Source of the DNA: Treponema sp.
Lineage (GTDB): Bacteria > Spirochaetota > Spirochaetia > Treponematales > Breznakiellaceae
Direction: 5' to 3'
Assembly: GCA_009786455.1 (NCBI GenBank)
Contig: WQTD01000011.1
Coordinates: 1,953-65,952, forward strand
Length of the DNA stretch: 64,000 bases
The notes beneath the pieces are model-generated. The model was not told the origin of the DNA, did no database searches, and was given only the letters and a program-made list of their open reading frames with translations. Shown here piece after piece: positions 18,679-30,214 of this stretch. Numbering within the stretch: position 1 is the first letter of the stretch; every line of letters starts with the position of its first letter. A program made the translations under genes and the position numbers.

Positions 18679-20877
18679 ATGAAACTGAAATTTAAACTGA
18701 GCATTATGGTAATTGCTATTCTGGCGGTTGTTGTAGCGGGGGTTTCAATACTTTTATTGAACCGGGCATCCGGCATCAGCATAGATCTGAACAGGCAGGT
18801 AATGAAATTTCTGTCCGGGGAGCAGGCCGAATACTGGAAGGGAAGGCGCGACGGTCATTTACGGATGATTAGCACTCTGGCTGATATAATGGCGGATTAT
18901 TCAGGAATACCTGAAAGGGAGAGACGTGATACATTTGATCGAATGCTGCTGGGTACATTGACTTCTCAGCCCAATATTCAACAAATTTATACCGTTTGGC
19001 TGCCTGACGCTGTTGACGGCATGGATTCGCAAATGATAGGGCGTCTCGGTTCTACTCCTACGGGGCAGTACGCGATATCTTATTCAAGAGAAAATGGTTC
19101 GATAGAAGCTATCGTTTGTCCTCTTTTAGATTCAACAATGGAATGGCTAGACGGCCCCGACTCAAGGCAGCAGTCTGTTCCGGATCCGTTCTTTCGAAAT
19201 ATTCAGGGTAAAAATACTTTAATGGTCAGCATGGTTACTCCAATTGTAGGCTCTGATACCAACAAGGTGGTAGGAGCTGTCGGTATGCTGATGGATGTCG
19301 AAATGATGCAGCCGACTGTCACAGAAACCATTAAAGCCAACGATGTAATCGCCGCAATGGCGATTTACTCCAATGACGGAACTATTTTGGCTCACGCGTA
19401 TCCCGATCGTATTGGAAAAAATATGCGGGAAGCGGATACTGTTTACGGCGAGCATATGGAAGAAGCGTTAAAAGCTGTCGCGAAAGGAGAGGTGTTCAAT
19501 TGTTCTTCATATTCAGAAGTAATGGATATAACATTAGAAATATTTATGTCGCCTTTTAAACTGGGTAACTCAGATACAACGTGGTCTGTAATGGTTGCGA
19601 CAACAGACGCTTATATTTTATCGGAAGTGCGCGATATTACCCGGTTTACAGTCATTCTTGCCGCCATAATTATCGCCGGGGTTGCCGTATTAATATATTT
19701 TGTTTTAAATTTTACAATGAAACCGGTTGTAAATGTATCCCGGACATTAAAGGATATCGCGCAGGGCGAAGGCGATTTAACCTGCCGCATCCCAGAAAAA
19801 GGCAATGATGAAATTACGGATCTATCCCATTATTTCAATCAAACTTTAACGAAGATAAAAAGTTTGATTGTAAAAATTAAACAGGAAGCGCAAACACTGT
19901 CAGATATCGGAAATGATCTTGCGAGTAACATGAATGAAACAGCCTCCGCTGTAAACCAGATAACCGCAAACATTCAGAGCATAAAAACACGCATTGTTAA
20001 TCAGAGCGCCAGCGTCACCCAAACCAATGCCACTATGGAGCAGGTTACGGTTAACATTAACAGGCTGAACGGTCACATTGAAGATCAAAATATTTATGTT
20101 TCCCAGGCTTCCGCTGCAATTGAACAAATGGTTGCCAATGTTCAGACCGTAACAGGCACATTGGTCAGGAATACCGGCAATGTAAAGCAGTTAAGGGAAT
20201 CTTCGGATGTAGGACGCGGCGGATTGCAGGAAGTAGCGCAGGAAATTCATGATATCGCCTGCGAATCAGAAGGTCTTTTGGAAATTAATTCTGTAATGGC
20301 GAATATCGCAAGCCAGACAAATCTTCTTTCAATGAATGCCGCGATAGAAGCGGCTCATGCCGGAGAGGCGGGGAAGGGCTTTGCCGTTGTCGCAGACGAA
20401 ATCCGAAAGCTTGCAGAATCGTCAAGCGAGCAGTCCAAAACAATCGGAACGGTACTGAAGAAAATAAAAAATTCAATTGACGCAATAACAACATCGACTT
20501 CCAATGTATTGACAAAATTTGAAGCCATAGGAACAAGCGTTGAAACTGTCGCGGAGCAGGAAGAAAATATCCGAAACGCAATGGAAGAACAGGGGCATGG
20601 CAGCAAGCAGATCCTTGACGGTATCGGGCAGGTAAATGAGATAACGCGGCAGGTAAAAAGCGGCTCCAATGAAATGCTTGACGGCGCCATGGAAGTAATA
20701 CAGGAAAGCGCCAATCTTGGAAAGGCAACGCAGGAAATTACATCCGGCATGAATGAAATGGCTTCCGGCGCAGAACAAATAAATGTTGCGGTGAATCGTA
20801 TCAATGAAATAACGATTAAAAACCGTGAAGGAATCGCGTCCCTTTTAAGAGAGGTAGCGCGCTTTAAGGTAGATTGA
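18679..20877 (+). CDS. Methyl-accepting chemotaxis protein (Cache, HAMP, MCP signal domains)
   Basis: Two TMs, HAMP (GEGDLT...DEITDL), hairpin [38 protein letters not shown]. Confidence 0.96.
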   Translation: MKLKFKLSIMVIAILAVVVAGVSILLLNRASGISIDLNRQVMKFLSGEQAEYWKGRRDGHLRMISTLADIMADYSGIPERERRDTFDRMLLGTLTSQPNIQQIYTVWLPDAVDGMDSQMIGRLGSTPTGQYAISYSRENGSIEAIVCPLLDSTMEWLDGPDSRQQSVPDPFFRNIQGKNTLMVSMVTPIVGSDTNKVVGAVGMLMDVEMMQPTVTETIKANDVIAAMAIYSNDGTILAHAYPDRIGKNMREADTVYGEHMEEALKAVAKGEVFNCSSYSEVMDITLEIFMSPFKLGNSDTTWSVMVATTDAYILSEVRDITRFTVILAAIIIAGVAVLIYFVLNFTMKPVVNVSRTLKDIAQGEGDLTCRIPEKGNDEITDLSHYFNQTLTKIKSLIVKIKQEAQTLSDIGNDLASNMNETASAVNQITANIQSIKTRIVNQSASVTQTNATMEQVTVNINRLNGHIEDQNIYVSQASAAIEQMVANVQTVTGTLVRNTGNVKQLRESSDVGRGGLQEVAQEIHDIACESEGLLEINSVMANIASQTNLLSMNAAIEAAHAGEAGKGFAVVADEIRKLAESSSEQSKTIGTVLKKIKNSIDAITTSTSNVLTKFEAIGTSVETVAEQEENIRNAMEEQGHGSKQILDGIGQVNEITRQVKSGSNEMLDGAMEVIQESANLGKATQEITSGMNEMASGAEQINVAVNRINEITIKNREGIASLLREVARFKVD

Positions 20878-20903
20878 TATTTCCTTAAGAAAGGTTAATG
20901 GGA

Positions 20904-20952
20904 GCTGTTTGCGGTACAGGCATGTTGACTTGCCTGCGAACAGCCCTTTTTT
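20904..20952. terminator. Terminator hairpin between convergent genes
   Basis: GCTGTTTGC...CAGGCA-loop-TGCCTG-CGAACAGC followed by a T-run. Confidence 0.6.
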
Positions 20953-21350
20953 TAAATTTCTCCCAAACTGAAGTCACCCTGGATTTTATATTGATCTCTG
21001 TCACGCAAGACTGTCAGTTCCCGTTCCGGAAAGTGAACGGGTAAAAGTTCTTTTACTTTTTGAGCGGCGGTTTCGTAAATTTCCCGGCGTATATCTTCAT
21101 CAATCTTTTCCAAAGTAGACATTGAAACATCAATAACATAGCCTCTTCCCAGCTCCGATCCGAAACCGGGCGTAAAATTCGCGCCTATATTAAAAAGACC
21201 GTCCATTTCAGGGTTGGAAGTCTCTCCCCTGGGCAGACGCACCGGATGAAGCGGATATCTTGCGCCGTAAAGACTTTCAATATAATCGTCAACTTCATCG
21301 AAAAGTTTTTTTATGCGATCGTCAAATTCAACTGTTTTTGGATGCCACAT
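20952..21350 (-). CDS. Conserved-looking hypothetical protein
   Basis: 132-aa ORF with protein-like composition (YPLHP.R...GETSNPEMDGLF); leaderless-type -10 element upstream. Confidence 0.75.
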   Translation of the reverse strand: MWHPKTVEFDDRIKKLFDEVDDYIESLYGARYPLHPVRLPRGETSNPEMDGLFNIGANFTPGFGSELGRGYVIDVSMSTLEKIDEDIRREIYETAAQKVKELLPVHFPERELTVLRDRDQYKIQGDFSLGEI

Positions 21351-21419
21351 TAATACATTATATTACAGGAAAGTGCGCCGGACAATGACCAGTTATTAAA
21401 AGTTTTTTAAATAAGCAAA

Positions 21420-21441
21420 CAGGGTACTCTTTGCGATTTTA
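21420..21441 (+). promoter_or_regulatory. Putative regulator site, shared with 28997-29018
   Basis: CAGGGTACTCTTTGCGATTTTA, 17/22 identical to the second copy. Confidence 0.5.
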
Positions 21442-21516
21442 TTTATCTATACCGGGGTGTTTTATTTACAAAATAAAACAACCAGTATATAAGCGGGGAA
21501 AGAGGAGCTTGATAAA

Positions 21517-23760
21517 GTGAAATTAAAGGCCGCACTGATAATCATTGCAATTGCTTTTATTATCACTGCCGCCAATTATAGTTCCAGCTTGATTATAACC
21601 CGCAGCGTCCTGAACATATCATTGAATGAGAATTTCTCTCTGCCTGGGGATATAGAAGTTATTATTGATAAACTGAAAAACAGGCTTTTGGTTTTGGACA
21701 GCATCTTTTTTTCCGCCGCTGTCGCTGTCGCTGTACTTAGTTCAGTATATATCGCCAAACCGTATAATAAAATCACCGAGCAGAACCGCCGCCTGGAAGA
21801 ATTATATAAAATAAATTATTCGCAGACGGAAAAAATCCTGGAAGATTTTCAGGAACGTAATCTGATGCTGGCCGAAACATACAGGCTTCAGGGCGAACTT
21901 AAAACCGCGCTGGAGGAAGCCCAGGAAGCCAACCGCGCGAAAAGCAGTTTCCTTGCGAATATGAGCCATGAAATGCGAACGCCTCTTAACGCAGTGATTG
22001 GCTTGTCTGAACTTGTCCTTGATACAGGAAAAACAGAAGGAGAAGTCAGGGACAGATTAACAAAAATTTACAGTTCAGGCATGACGCTGCTTAGTATAGT
22101 TAATGATATTCTTGATATATCAAAAATAGAATCGGGCAGGTTTGAACTGTATCCCGTTAAATACGATACAGCCAGCCTTATAAACGATATTATATCACTT
22201 AACATTGTTCTGATTGGAGAAAAACCCATACAGTTTAAACTTACTGTAGATGAGAATCTGCCGGAGCAGCTTTTTGGAGATGATCTTCGGATAAAACAAA
22301 TTTTCAATAATCTTCTTTCCAACGCGTTCAAGTTCACAAATAAAGGAACTGTCGAATGGAAAGTAAATTTCGAACGTGAATGTAATAATATTTGGCTTGT
22401 CTGTGAAGTAAAAGATACCGGGATGGGAATCAGGAATGAGGATTTACCAAAGCTGTTTAGGGATTACAGTCAGGTGAACGCCAAAAAAAACCGTAAAACC
22501 GAAAGTACAGGTCTTGGACTTTCCATTACCAAACGTCTTGTTGAAATGATGGAAGGGACTATAACTGCGGAAAGCGAATACGGTAATGGGATGACTTTTT
22601 CTGTACGGCTTTGTCAGCAATTTGTAACAAACATTCCAATAGGCGGGGAAACGGCTGAAAACCTCATGAGCGCGCGATTTATGGACAACAGGCGTTTAAA
22701 AAGTGCGAAGTTAAAAAGGGAAAATCTTTCCAATACCAGAGTTCTCGTTGTTGATGACATGCAGACAAACCTTGACGTTGCCCGCGGCATGCTGGTTCTT
22801 TACGGGTTAACCGTAGATTGCGCAAAAAGCGGAATGGAAGCAATAGAAATAATCCGAAAAGGAAACCCCCGTTATGACGTTGTATTCATGGATCATATGA
22901 TGCCTGAAATGGACGGAATAGAAGCTGTGCGTATCATCCGCGAAGAGACAGGAAGCGATTATGCCAAAAATGTACCGATAATCGCTCTTACAGCCAACGC
23001 CATCACCGGTAATGAACAAATGTTTTTGGATAATGGATTCCATGCGTTTATTTCGAAACCCATTGATATGATACGTCTGGATTCGATATTGTGCCGCTGG
23101 GTCGGTAAAAAAGAAGATGAAGCTCATGACGAATTTTCCGGTTTAACGGGAAACAACATAATTCATTCAAAACAATTTTTAAACGGTATAAAGATTGAAG
23201 GCATTGATACTGACAAGGCTCTTGAGTATTTTTCAGGGAGTAATGAGGTATATATAAAAGTGCTGCGTTCATATGCTGTTAACACGCGTCCTTTACTCGG
23301 CAAATTGCGGGGATATCTGGAACTGGGAAATTTTGCAGACTATGCCGTTACGGTACACGGAATAAAAAGCGCAAGTTTTGGGATTGGAGCCACGAGTACG
23401 GGAACAAATGCGCAGCGACTGGAACATCTGGCAAAATCTTTTGAACACGAGCAGGTATTGGCTGAAAACGATGCTTTTATTGAATCAATTGAAAAACTTA
23501 TTAATTCGATCGAAAGCGCGTTTGCGGCGATAAATATCAAAAATAAAAAACCTGTTGCTGTAACGCCTGACGAAACTATTTTACAGGAATTACGCGAAGC
23601 ATGTTCGCAGTTTGACGCGGGCAGAGTTGACAGGATCATGGAAAAACTTGATGCCTTTGAATATGAAAAAGGAGAGGTTCTTATTGCGTGGCTGCATGAG
23701 CAGGTAGAAGAAATGAGCTTCTCGCGGATTTCTGACGGTAACTGGCCTGAAGATTTTTAG
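21517..23760 (+). CDS. Hybrid sensor histidine kinase (TM, HisKA, HATPase, REC, Hpt)
   Basis: [45 protein letters not shown]. Confidence 0.95.
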   Translation: MKLKAALIIIAIAFIITAANYSSSLIITRSVLNISLNENFSLPGDIEVIIDKLKNRLLVLDSIFFSAAVAVAVLSSVYIAKPYNKITEQNRRLEELYKINYSQTEKILEDFQERNLMLAETYRLQGELKTALEEAQEANRAKSSFLANMSHEMRTPLNAVIGLSELVLDTGKTEGEVRDRLTKIYSSGMTLLSIVNDILDISKIESGRFELYPVKYDTASLINDIISLNIVLIGEKPIQFKLTVDENLPEQLFGDDLRIKQIFNNLLSNAFKFTNKGTVEWKVNFERECNNIWLVCEVKDTGMGIRNEDLPKLFRDYSQVNAKKNRKTESTGLGLSITKRLVEMMEGTITAESEYGNGMTFSVRLCQQFVTNIPIGGETAENLMSARFMDNRRLKSAKLKRENLSNTRVLVVDDMQTNLDVARGMLVLYGLTVDCAKSGMEAIEIIRKGNPRYDVVFMDHMMPEMDGIEAVRIIREETGSDYAKNVPIIALTANAITGNEQMFLDNGFHAFISKPIDMIRLDSILCRWVGKKEDEAHDEFSGLTGNNIIHSKQFLNGIKIEGIDTDKALEYFSGSNEVYIKVLRSYAVNTRPLLGKLRGYLELGNFADYAVTVHGIKSASFGIGATSTGTNAQRLEHLAKSFEHEQVLAENDAFIESIEKLINSIESAFAAINIKNKKPVAVTPDETILQELREACSQFDAGRVDRIMEKLDAFEYEKGEVLIAWLHEQVEEMSFSRISDGNWPEDF

Positions 23761-23764
23761 GCAT

Positions 23765-26341
23765 TCATATAATTTTACTGTCTGCGGCAGTGCGGATTGC
23801 TTCACCCAGACTGAATACGCCCAATTTATCATAAATTTTGTTAACAGACATTTTAATAGTGTTAACAGAAAGATTTCTGCTGGATGCTATTTGCGAACGA
23901 GAAAACCCGCTGGAGAGATCCTTTAATATGGAGATTTCCCGCTCTGTTAGCATGGTTGTATTTTCAAGATTATTGGCAAGCCGGTATTTCGATATCATTT
24001 TTGTTTTCTTTTTGGCAAGAGAAGATGATTTATGATTGATGTTTTCCAGCCAATCCTTTGGGATCAGGCAGGTTTCACCCTGTTTAAGGGCTGCCGTGCT
24101 GAGCGTACGCATTTCTTTTGCAAATTGAACAAACAATGCATTGAATCTGTTAGACCTGGCAAGATTATAGCTTTCAGTAAATACAGTGATTGCTTCGTTG
24201 TAACGCTTGAAATGGTATAAAGATAGCGCATGAAATATCTTCAACTCTATTTTATCAAGCAGAATCGTCATATGATCCATCGAGTTTTCTATAAACGCCA
24301 AAAGCGAATTATAATGTTTTGTCTGGTAATGATACCTTATTCTGATCCTGTTTGCGTAATTTTCCAGAAATGACGGATGTTTATAGAGTGTGAAATCACT
24401 TTTAAGCCATTCAGGTATTTTTTCAGGCTGTCCAAGCGCAAGCTGATAGAAACTATACGCAATATCGTACATTGTATAACGGATGCTGTAATCTTTTTCG
24501 CTGAGCAGCGCTTCCATTTCCCTGAGCCTTGCACCCGCGCTTTCGATATCCATGCGGGAGAGATCAATGTGCATAAGGTAAACCATTGCCCTGTTTTGCG
24601 TAACATATTGATCGTTTTTTTGCGCCTTTTCAATTGATTGATTTAAATATTTCTGCGCTTCATCAAATTCCATGCGGTAAAAACACAGTTCCCCGTTTAC
24701 AAGTTCCTCAAAACCCTCATGAAATCCGTTAAACACATGAGAAAAATACGGAACCATTCGGGATACGGCTGCGATATATTCTTCCATCGCTCCGGGACGG
24801 TTTGTTCCGACCAGAGAAGCCCTGGAAGTCATCAATATTGATTTATATGTACCTATGAGTTTAAAAGGGTTTTTATCAAAGTATTCAGCCATTTTTTTGC
24901 CATAGATGTCAAAATCATATATGTCGGTATACGTGCACATTGTCATTCGCAGCACGCTCCAAGAAAAATATATGGCGCTGAGCGCGCGGTTTCGCTGCGG
25001 AGTTTCAAACTGTTTTTCGCAGTCTGCCGCATATTGCCGCGCCAAAGCGTCAGCCTCGTCAAACTGTCCAAGGTTAAGTTTCAGTTTAATATACATCGAC
25101 GGAAACATTGGATTTTGATGTTTTACATTTTCCGGCATACGATTAAATATTTCCAGCGCGTACCTTGCCAGATTATATGGTATTTGTATGTTAAGCGAAA
25201 TAATTATTTCGATAATCGCGTTATAATTTCCCGCTTTTTCATAATAGGAAAGCGCATCAGAGTGATAACCTTTTATGTTGCACCAAACGGCTGCAGCTTC
25301 GCAGGTTTCCCTTCTTTCTTCGTCCGTCAATATTTGCTCCTGTTTTTGAAGCAGATAACTGCGGAAAAGATGCTGGATAATGTACATATCCTGGTAAAAA
25401 TCGTAACGTATATAGGCGCTTAGCATTTCAAGTTCTTTTAAAAACGCGTCGTCTTTTACCAGTGTTTTTAAAAAGTCTGCGGCAAGACGGTCAATCATCG
25501 AAATACGCAGCAGGAAACGCCAAAAAGGCTCTGAAAGAAAGAGCAGTATTTCAGCTTCAATAAAGCGAAAAATATTTTTTTTCATGGCTCCAAGCGCATA
25601 ACGTTCATATTTCCGGTTTTTGGCAAGCGAGCGCGCGATCAGATTGATTGCAAATGCCCAACCCTGCGTGTCATTATAAATATTATGTATGTCTTCGCTT
25701 GTTACAGGCAGTTTTTTCCGAAAAAAATATCTGGCAATCTCGTCTTCAGTGAAACGCAGAGTTTCTTCCTGTATTGTAAACACGTGCTCGTGCATCATCA
25801 TGCCGATATTAATCTCCGGCATTTTACGGGTAATCATTATTATTGTCATGTTTGGAGGAGATGAAATAATCATTCGTTCAAAGAAGCGAAGTATTGTTTG
25901 ATTATGGATGAAGTGAAAATCATCGAGAACCCTTATGTGTTTTCCGGGCTGTTCGGAAAGTTTCTGCCTTAATATATTGAAAGCGGTAAATTCTTCCTCT
26001 GTTCCCGGAAATTCGATTTCCTTAATTCGCAAACCGGCTTCATGTGATTTAATGGGCGACATACCCGAAAGACTTTCCCAAAAACGCGCAGTGATATTAT
26101 CCCGTTCGGAAATTTGAAGCCACGCAGTGTGGGTAAGGTTATTTTCATCAGGTGAATCCTGCGTTTCGTATTTATCCAGAAAAGAATGCACGGCATGCGT
26201 TTTTCCGTAACCGGAACCCGCGCACACAATAACCAGCGGATAATTCATGGCTTTTTTCAGCAAAGCATGCAAACGGGGACGTTCCAGATAATATCCGTGA
26301 ATACTGTCTGTTTTATTTCTGCCTGTTTTTTCTTTAGCCAT
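23765..26341 (-). CDS. MalT-like STAND ATPase / LuxR transcriptional regulator
   Basis: RPRL, Walker A AGSGYGKT, LDDFH, TQGWA, TPR-like middle region, LTEREISIL...SVNTIK HTH. Confidence 0.92.
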   Translation of the reverse strand: MAKEKTGRNKTDSIHGYYLERPRLHALLKKAMNYPLVIVCAGSGYGKTHAVHSFLDKYETQDSPDENNLTHTAWLQISERDNITARFWESLSGMSPIKSHEAGLRIKEIEFPGTEEEFTAFNILRQKLSEQPGKHIRVLDDFHFIHNQTILRFFERMIISSPPNMTIIMITRKMPEINIGMMMHEHVFTIQEETLRFTEDEIARYFFRKKLPVTSEDIHNIYNDTQGWAFAINLIARSLAKNRKYERYALGAMKKNIFRFIEAEILLFLSEPFWRFLLRISMIDRLAADFLKTLVKDDAFLKELEMLSAYIRYDFYQDMYIIQHLFRSYLLQKQEQILTDEERRETCEAAAVWCNIKGYHSDALSYYEKAGNYNAIIEIIISLNIQIPYNLARYALEIFNRMPENVKHQNPMFPSMYIKLKLNLGQFDEADALARQYAADCEKQFETPQRNRALSAIYFSWSVLRMTMCTYTDIYDFDIYGKKMAEYFDKNPFKLIGTYKSILMTSRASLVGTNRPGAMEEYIAAVSRMVPYFSHVFNGFHEGFEELVNGELCFYRMEFDEAQKYLNQSIEKAQKNDQYVTQNRAMVYLMHIDLSRMDIESAGARLREMEALLSEKDYSIRYTMYDIAYSFYQLALGQPEKIPEWLKSDFTLYKHPSFLENYANRIRIRYHYQTKHYNSLLAFIENSMDHMTILLDKIELKIFHALSLYHFKRYNEAITVFTESYNLARSNRFNALFVQFAKEMRTLSTAALKQGETCLIPKDWLENINHKSSSLAKKKTKMISKYRLANNLENTTMLTEREISILKDLSSGFSRSQIASSRNLSVNTIKMSVNKIYDKLGVFSLGEAIRTAADSKII

Positions 26342-26345
26342 AAGA

Positions 26346-28877
26346 TTATATTATTTTTAAATCCGCCGCGGAGCGGATGGCTTCGCCCAGACTGAATACG
26401 CCCATTTTTTTATTTATTCCGTCGATAATCGCTTTTACCTCTTTTACAGAAGTGTTTATGTTAACTGCAATAACAGTGCGGGTAAGTCCGCTGGAAAGAT
26501 ACTTTAAAACTGCGATTTCTAATTCTGTCAGTATTATTATTTTTTCATGATTACTTGACTGGGTGTATTCGGATATCATTCTGGCTTTTCGTTTCGCATA
26601 GATCGCCGATATACTTCTGATATCTTCAAGCCACTTTTTCGGTATTTGGCAGGTTTTGTCCTTTAGAGCGGCCTGAGCGAGAGTGCGCATGTCATTTGCG
26701 TGCTCTGTGAAAGAGGCTTTTATGTTGTTTGAAACAGACAGATTATAACTTTCAGTAAACGCGGCGATTGCCTCGCTTCTTTTTTTAAGCCGGTACAAAG
26801 ACAAAGCCTGGAACACCTTTAGTTCCATTTTACAGAACAAAACGCAGGGAAAATCTTTTGAATTTTCTATAAACGTCAATAGAGCCCTGTATTGACGAGT
26901 TTTATAATGATAACGCATTCTTATTCTGTTTGCGTAATTTTCCATGAAGGATGAATGAGAAAAAGGAAAAAATTCACTTTTAAGCCATTCGGGAACCTGT
27001 TCGGTTTGATCGAGAGTCAAATGGTAAAAACCGCAGGCGATATCGTATATCGTATAACGGACTGTGTAATCTTTCTCATCCAGCAGCGCTTCCAGTTCCC
27101 TTAAAAGCTCTTTTGCGCTTTTAATGTCTCCACATGAAAAATAAATATGCATCAGGTAAACATACGCTTTATTCTGGGTAACATATTGATCGTATTCGCG
27201 CGCCTTTGCGATCGATTGTTTCATGTACTTTTCGGCGTCATTAAAGCGTCTTTGGTAAAAACACAATTCACCGCGTAAAATTTCTTCCAGACCGCAGTAA
27301 AATCCCAAAAATTCATCGGATAGATACGAAGACATGCGCGATACTGCGGCGATATATTCCTCCATTGCACCTGAGCGGTTTGTTCCAACATTCGAAACCC
27401 AGTCTCCTGCTGTTATTGCCTTGTATGAGCCGATAAAATTAAATGAATTTTTACTGTAATATGCGTTTAGCTTTTTATAATATTCATCAAAATCATATAC
27501 GTCGGTGTAAGCGCACATTTTCATCCGTATAAGTCCCCAGAAAGTGTATATGGCGGCAAGAGCCTGGTTTCGTTCGGGAGTCTCCTTTCTGGCCTCATAA
27601 TCGGCGGCATATCGCTGCGCGAAAACATGCGCTTCATCGAATTTGACAAGGATTAATTTTAATTTTATATACATTGCCGGAAATAAAGGGTCCTGCGATT
27701 TAATATCGGAAGGAATTCTTTCAAGCATTTCCAGCGCGTAATGAGCCATATCCTGAGGTATCTGTAAATTAAGGGAAGCGATCTTGTGCGTAACCATGTT
27801 AAATTCAAAGGACTTTTCGTAATAATAAAGCGCATCAGTGTGATAACCGTTTGCGTCACACCACAAACCCGCTTCCCTATAGGTTTCTTTTCTCTCCACA
27901 TCTGTCAGTATTTCTCCTTGATTCTGCCGCAGAAAATCCAGAAAAGGATGATGAATAAGGTATATATCCAGACCGAAATCATAACGAATATAGGCATTGA
28001 GCAGTTCCATTTCCTTAATAAGCGCATCGTCCTTTGCAAGTATTTTTACAAGGTCCGCCGCAAGGTTTTCAATAAGCGAAATGCGCAGAAGAAAACGCCA
28101 AAGATGATCCGTTATGGTTCCGGAGATTTCAGCCTTTAAAAAACGAAAAATGTTCTTTTTCATGGCTTCAAGAGCGTATCTTTCGTACTTTTTTTCTGTA
28201 CCCAATGAACGTACGATAAGATTTAATGCCAATGCCCAGCCCTGCGTATCGTCATTAATGTTTTTTATATTTTCCCTTGTTACAGGAAGTTTAAGCTGGC
28301 TGAAATACTGCGCGATCTCATCTTCCGTAAAGCGCAGCATATCTTCCTGTACCGTAAACACGCGCTCACGCATTATCATGTTAATAATGTTCAGTTCAGG
28401 CATGGTGCGTGAAATAATTATTATCGTCATGTTTGAAGAAGATGAGCTGACCATCCGTTCAAAGAAACGCAGTATTTCGGGATTTTGAAGAAGATGGAAA
28501 TCATCAAAGACCTTTATATACTTTCCCGGCTGCAGAATTACTTCATTGTTTGCCGCCAGGAAATTCGCAAACGCTCCGTCTGTTTTGGGGAAACCGATTT
28601 CCTTAAGAAGTTCGCCGGTTTTCGGCAGAAGAATCGATACCTGATTTGAGTAACTCTCCCAAAAACGCGCCGGTATATTATCCCGCTGTGAAATCTGAAG
28701 CCAGCTTGCGCTGATATTATTCTCTTTCAAAAAGGAATGCACTGCGAGTGTTTTGCCGTAACCGGAACCGGCGCATATTATGACAAGCGGATATTCAACT
28801 GCGTTTTTAAGTAAATCGTGCAGGCGTTTGCGGTTCAAATAATCTGTTTCATCATAATAAAAATTTTTAAATGACAT
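26346..28877 (-). CDS. MalT-like STAND ATPase / LuxR regulator, tandem paralog
   Basis: AGSGYGKT, FDDFH, TQGWA; colinear with the neighbour; divergent HTH LTELE...SVKEVK. Confidence 0.92.
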   Translation of the reverse strand: MSFKNFYYDETDYLNRKRLHDLLKNAVEYPLVIICAGSGYGKTLAVHSFLKENNISASWLQISQRDNIPARFWESYSNQVSILLPKTGELLKEIGFPKTDGAFANFLAANNEVILQPGKYIKVFDDFHLLQNPEILRFFERMVSSSSSNMTIIIISRTMPELNIINMIMRERVFTVQEDMLRFTEDEIAQYFSQLKLPVTRENIKNINDDTQGWALALNLIVRSLGTEKKYERYALEAMKKNIFRFLKAEISGTITDHLWRFLLRISLIENLAADLVKILAKDDALIKEMELLNAYIRYDFGLDIYLIHHPFLDFLRQNQGEILTDVERKETYREAGLWCDANGYHTDALYYYEKSFEFNMVTHKIASLNLQIPQDMAHYALEMLERIPSDIKSQDPLFPAMYIKLKLILVKFDEAHVFAQRYAADYEARKETPERNQALAAIYTFWGLIRMKMCAYTDVYDFDEYYKKLNAYYSKNSFNFIGSYKAITAGDWVSNVGTNRSGAMEEYIAAVSRMSSYLSDEFLGFYCGLEEILRGELCFYQRRFNDAEKYMKQSIAKAREYDQYVTQNKAYVYLMHIYFSCGDIKSAKELLRELEALLDEKDYTVRYTIYDIACGFYHLTLDQTEQVPEWLKSEFFPFSHSSFMENYANRIRMRYHYKTRQYRALLTFIENSKDFPCVLFCKMELKVFQALSLYRLKKRSEAIAAFTESYNLSVSNNIKASFTEHANDMRTLAQAALKDKTCQIPKKWLEDIRSISAIYAKRKARMISEYTQSSNHEKIIILTELEIAVLKYLSSGLTRTVIAVNINTSVKEVKAIIDGINKKMGVFSLGEAIRSAADLKII

Positions 28878-28996
28878 GATACGTTTTTCATTCTAAAACA
28901 TATTTATATAACCGGCAATCCAAATTAAAAGAAAATATGTTAATGTTAAATCAGCCTGCAATTTTATGTTGATTTATGCGCTTTAAAAGGACAAAT

Positions 28997-29018
28997 CAGG
29001 GTGTATTATGCGATTTTA
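28997..29018 (+). promoter_or_regulatory. Putative regulator site, shared with 21420-21441
   Basis: CAGGGTGTATTATGCGATTTTA; partial repeat TATTATGCTGATTT at about 29047-29060. Confidence 0.5.
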
Positions 29019-29108
29019 AAAAACGGCTGTAAAAATAAGGTGTGGATATTATGCTGATTTCCCGGTAAAATTAAAACAAAAAGTGTTAGGAAAAAAATTG
29101 AGGGAATA

Positions 29109-30191
29109 ATGCTTGAAAAGAAAAAGCATATAATAATGCTGGTTGACGACAATAAAGCGAATTTAACCATAGGTAAAAGTATTTTAAGTGAATACTATGA
29201 TGTCTTCGCTCTGCCTTCGGCAGACAAATTATTTGAATTTTTAAAACATGTGATACCTGATTTAATTCTTCTTGATATTGACATGCCGGGCATGAATGGT
29301 TATGAAACTATAACCCTTCTTAAGGCGGATAAGATGTATCAGGAAATTCCTGTTATATTTATTTCTGCGAAAAATTCGGAATCAGACCAATACGAAGGCT
29401 TAAATCTTGGTGCAATTGACTATATTACAAAGCCTTTCGCTCCTCCGATACTGCTGAAGCGGATTGAAAACCATTTATTGCTCCAGAGGCAGAAAGCGAA
29501 TTTACAGGATTTCAACAATAATCTTATAAAAATGGTAAAAGGGAAAACGCATCAGCTGTTCTCGCTTCAAAACGCCATTATTAGCAATATGGCTGAGCTA
29601 GTGGAATTCCGCGACATTGTCACAGGCAGGCACATTAGCCGTACGCAGAAATATCTGAAAAAATTGATGGATCAGCTTATGGAAGACGGTGTTTATGCGC
29701 AGGAAATGCTTTTATGGGATATGGATGTTATATTGCTGTCTTCCCAGCTTCACGACATTGGAAAAATTACCATAAGCGATACTATTTTAAATAAACCCGG
29801 AAAACTTACGGTGGAAGAGACTGTAATTATGAGAACCCATTCGCAAAAAGGAGTAGAAGTAATTGAGAAAATCGAACATTCCACTAAGTTTTCCGATTGT
29901 CTTGAATACGCTAAGTTATTCGCAGGAACGCATCATGAAAAATGGAACGGCAGCGGTTATCCCAACAGGCTTGCCGGGGAAAATATACCGCTGGAAGGAC
30001 GGATAATGGCAGTTGCGGATGTATATGACGCGCTGATTTCCATACGCCCCTATAAAAAATCCTACAGCGCCGAAGAATCCGCCCGGATTATTTTGGACGG
30101 CTCAGGCACTCATTTTGATCCTACGCTGATTGAGACTTTTAAAAAGTTAAAAGATGAATTTGCGGCCATAGCTGTTAAATACGCAGATTAG
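29109..30191 (+). CDS. Response regulator with HD-GYP c-di-GMP phosphodiesterase domain (RpfG-like)
   Basis: REC LLDIDMP; HDIGK, HHEKWNGSGYP, ADVYDAL...RPYK. Confidence 0.94.
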   Translation: MLEKKKHIIMLVDDNKANLTIGKSILSEYYDVFALPSADKLFEFLKHVIPDLILLDIDMPGMNGYETITLLKADKMYQEIPVIFISAKNSESDQYEGLNLGAIDYITKPFAPPILLKRIENHLLLQRQKANLQDFNNNLIKMVKGKTHQLFSLQNAIISNMAELVEFRDIVTGRHISRTQKYLKKLMDQLMEDGVYAQEMLLWDMDVILLSSQLHDIGKITISDTILNKPGKLTVEETVIMRTHSQKGVEVIEKIEHSTKFSDCLEYAKLFAGTHHEKWNGSGYPNRLAGENIPLEGRIMAVADVYDALISIRPYKKSYSAEESARIILDGSGTHFDPTLIETFKKLKDEFAAIAVKYAD

Positions 30192-30214
30192 GTTTCCTCT
30201 TTCCATTTTTTTAT

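Noticed and set aside
21420-21441. Sigma54 -24/-12 promoter
   Set aside because: GG-to-GC spacing is at most 9 nt rather than the required 10, and TGGCAC is absent.
23765-28877. Anti-phage Avs/STAND defence system
   Set aside because: The C-terminal domains are LuxR HTHs with MalT architecture, with no nuclease, TIR or SIR2 effector.
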